Assembly: GCF_004010195.1 (NCBI RefSeq)
Contig: NC_057718.1
Location: forward strand, 61,094,233-61,158,232
Origin: Chiloscyllium plagiosum
Lineage: Eukaryota
DNA: 64,000 nt
Reading direction: 5' to 3'
Part shown: positions 61,400-64,000 of the stretch, piece after piece
Position numbering within the stretch: position 1 is the first letter of the stretch
How the letters are laid out: each line of letters starts with the position of its first letter
Made by a program: the position numbers and the translations under genes
The notes under the pieces: generated by a model
Seen by the model: only the letters and a program-made list of their open reading frames with translations
Told to the model about the DNA's origin: nothing
Databases searched by the model: none

Positions 61400-64000
61400 G
61401 GTGAATCACTGATTTAAAAACATTCCTTGTAAATAGCAGAGCGCAGGCTGAGCAGGAATGGACACGGGACTGCTGAATGAGTGAAGTAATATATTTAGGT
61501 GGTTGTGTTACCCAAAACACTGCTTAGGTAGTGCCTCCCACCCATCCTCCTCATTTCACCAAAAAAACAGGTTCTGAGCACCAGACTGGTAATGTATCTA
61601 GTTGTTTTTTCTTTATTTTTCATTAGTCTCTTTGGGAATTTAGAATAGTGGGAATGGAGGTTAGGGCAAATGCATGTTCCTCCTGCAGAATGTGGGAGAT
61701 AAGGGTCACCACTAGTGTCCCTGCTGACTGCATCTGCAGGACGTGCACCCAAATCCAGCTCCTCGAAAACCGCATTAGGGAGCTGGAGCTGGAGCTGGAG
61801 CTGGAGCTGGATGAACTTTGGATCATTCAGGAGGCGGAGGAGGTTATTGAGAGGAGTCTCAAGAAGGTAGTCACACCTCAGGTACAAGAAAAAGGCAGAT
61901 GGGTTACAGTCAGGGGATGAAAAGGGAACTGGCAGGCAGTGCAGGGAATCCCTCTGGCTGTTCCCATCAATAATAAGTATCCCGTTTTGGATACAGTGGG
62001 GGGAGGGGGATGATTTATCAGGCACAGAAATTTAGAATAGTGGGAATGGAGGTTAGGGCAAATGCATGTTCCTCCTGCAGAATGTGGGAGATAAGGGTCA
62101 CCACTCGTGTCCCTGCTGACTGCATCTGCAGGAAGTGCACCCAAATCCAGCTCCTCGAAAGAGAGACTCATGGATGGTGTGTTGCCTCCCAGGTGCCAGG
62201 GTCCGTGATGTCTCAGATCATGTTTTCGGGATCCTTGGGAGGGGGGGGAAGCAGCCCCCTGTTGTGGTTCACATAGACACCAACGACATAGATAGGAAAA
62301 GAGAAGGGGATTTAAGGCAGAAATTCAGGGAGCTAAGGTGAAAACTTAGTGCTAGAATAAACAGAGTTGTTATCTCTGGTTTGTTACCCATGCCGTGTGC
62401 TAGCAAGGTGAAGAGTAGGAGAGAGAACAGTTGAACACGTGGCTACAGGGATGGTGCAGGAGAGGGGGTTTCAGATACCTGGATAATTGGTTCTTATTCT
62501 GGAGGAGTTGGGACCTCTACAAATAGAATGTTCAATACCTGAAGCGAAGGGGTACCAATATCCTAGGGGGATATTTGCCAATGCTGTTCGGAAGGGTTTA
62601 AACTAATTTAGCAGGGAGATGGGAACCTAAATTGTAGTTCCAATGTCCAGGAGGTTGAGATTAGTGAGGTCAGAAATGAGGTTTCAAGGTCGCAAGAGTT
62701 CACCAGCAAGCAGAAAGTTGGTTTGAAATGTGTCTGCTTTAACGCCAGAAGTATCTGGAATAAGGTGGGTGAACTTGCAGCATGGGTTGGTACCTGGGAT
62801 TTTGATATTGTGGCCATTTCAGAAACATGGCTAGAGCAGGAGACCAGGGACAGGAATGGTTGGTGCAGGTTCCAGGATTTAGATGTTTCAGTAAGAACAG
62901 GGCAGATGGTAAGGGAGGGGGGTGTGACATTGTTAGTCAAGGACAGTATTACGGTGGCTGAAAGGACGTTTGAGGACTCGTCTACTGAGGTAGTATAGAC
63001 TGAGGTTAGAAACAGGAAAGGAGAGGTCACCCTGTTGGGAGTTTACAATCAGCCTCCGAATAGATCCAGAGATGTAGAGGAAAGGATAGCAAAGATAATT
63101 CTGGATAGGAGCGAGAGTAACAGGGTAATGTTATGGGGGCATTTAACTTTCCAAATATTGACTGGAAATACTGTTGTTTGAATACTTTAGATGGGCCAGT
63201 TTTTGGCCAATTTGTGCAAGAGGGTTTCCTGACACAGTATGTAGACAAGCCAACAAGAGGTGAGGCCACATTGGATTTGGAACTGGGTAATAAACTGGGC
63301 CAGGTGTTAGATTTGGAGTTAGGTGGGCACTTTGGTGATAGTGATCAAAATTCGGTTACGCTTACTTTAGCGATGAAAAGGGATAGATATATACCGCAGG
63401 GCAAGAGTTATAGCTGGGGGAAAGGCAGTTATAATACGATTGGGCAAGATTTAGGATGCATAGGATGGGGAAGGAAATTGCAGGGGATGGGCATAATTGA
63501 AATGTGGACCTTATTCAAGGAACAGCTACTGCATGTCCTTAATAAGTATGCACCTGTCAGGCAGGGAGGAAGTGATCGAGTGAGGGAGCCATGGTTTACT
63601 AAAGAAGTTGAATCTCTTGTCAAGAGGAGGAATAAGGGTTACGTTAGGATAAGATATGAAGCTTCAGTTAAGGCACTTGAGATTTACAAGTTAGCCAGGA
63701 AAGACCTAAAGCGAGAGCTAGGAAGAGCCAAGAGGGGACATGAGAAGTCATTGGCAGAAAGGATCAAGGAAAAGCCTAAAGCTTTCTATAGGTATATCAG
63801 GAATAAAAGAATGACTGGAGAAAGATTAGGGCCAATCAAGTATAGTAGTGGGAAGTTGTGCATGGAGTAAGAGGAGATAGGGGAAGCGCTAAATGATTAT
63901 TTTTCATCAGTATTCACACTAGCAAAAGACAATTTTGTCAAGGAGAGTATTGAAATACAGGCTACTTGACTGGACAGGATTGAGGTTCACAAGGAGGAGG
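61400..64000 (+). mobile_element. CR1 LINE 5' portion (5'UTR, ORF1 zinc finger/coiled coil/esterase, ORF2 APE); runs off the window
   Basis: ACSSCRMWE...CICRTC; VCCLPGARVRDV...HIDTNDI; CVCFNARSIWNKVGEL...DIVAISETWL; MGAFNFPNIDW. Confidence 0.93.
61458..61545 (+). ncRNA. Candidate variant type I hammerhead-like fold in the CR1 5'UTR (decayed in this copy)
   Basis: GGGA-CUGCUGA...stem GUAAUAUA/UGUGUUAC-cc-aAAA-CACUGC-uuag-GUAGUG-cC-UCCC. Confidence 0.4.

Noticed and set aside
1..64000. Short ORFs of the six-frame track as host genes
   Set aside because: Recognisable ones are broken retroelement frames or their antisense; the rest have no recognisable domain or exon structure.

Overview
Vertebrate non-genic or intronic DNA. 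The repeat content (HE1-type V-SINEs, a SacSINE1-type DeuSINE, HER1-type CR1 LINEs, Penelope-like elements) points to a shark or other cartilaginous fish (inference). Most of the window is nested, decayed retroelements: many CR1 fragments, two near-5'-complete CR1 copies, a second CR1-group LINE family ('LINE-B'), a Rex1/Babar fragment with probable non-autonomous partners, a solo LTR, a Tigger-like MITE and about a dozen Penelope-like element (PLE) insertions from 3-4 families carrying minimal hammerhead ribozymes. No intact host protein-coding gene is supported. Repeat-free islands resemble conserved non-coding elements, and one holds a candidate 15-nt minus-strand exon. Best leads: (1) LINE-B appears to lack ORF1 and to begin with a tRNA-like (Pol III-type) head, and a dispersed SINE here is its internal-deletion derivative; (2) a decayed variant hammerhead-like fold sits in a CR1 5'UTR just upstream of ORF1; (3) a ~5-kb head-to-head PLE palindrome has a hammerhead at each outer end, alongside several short fold-back PLE inserts, some with 13-15 bp TSDs. 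Repeat boundaries were read by eye and are approximate; family names come from recall, not database searches.
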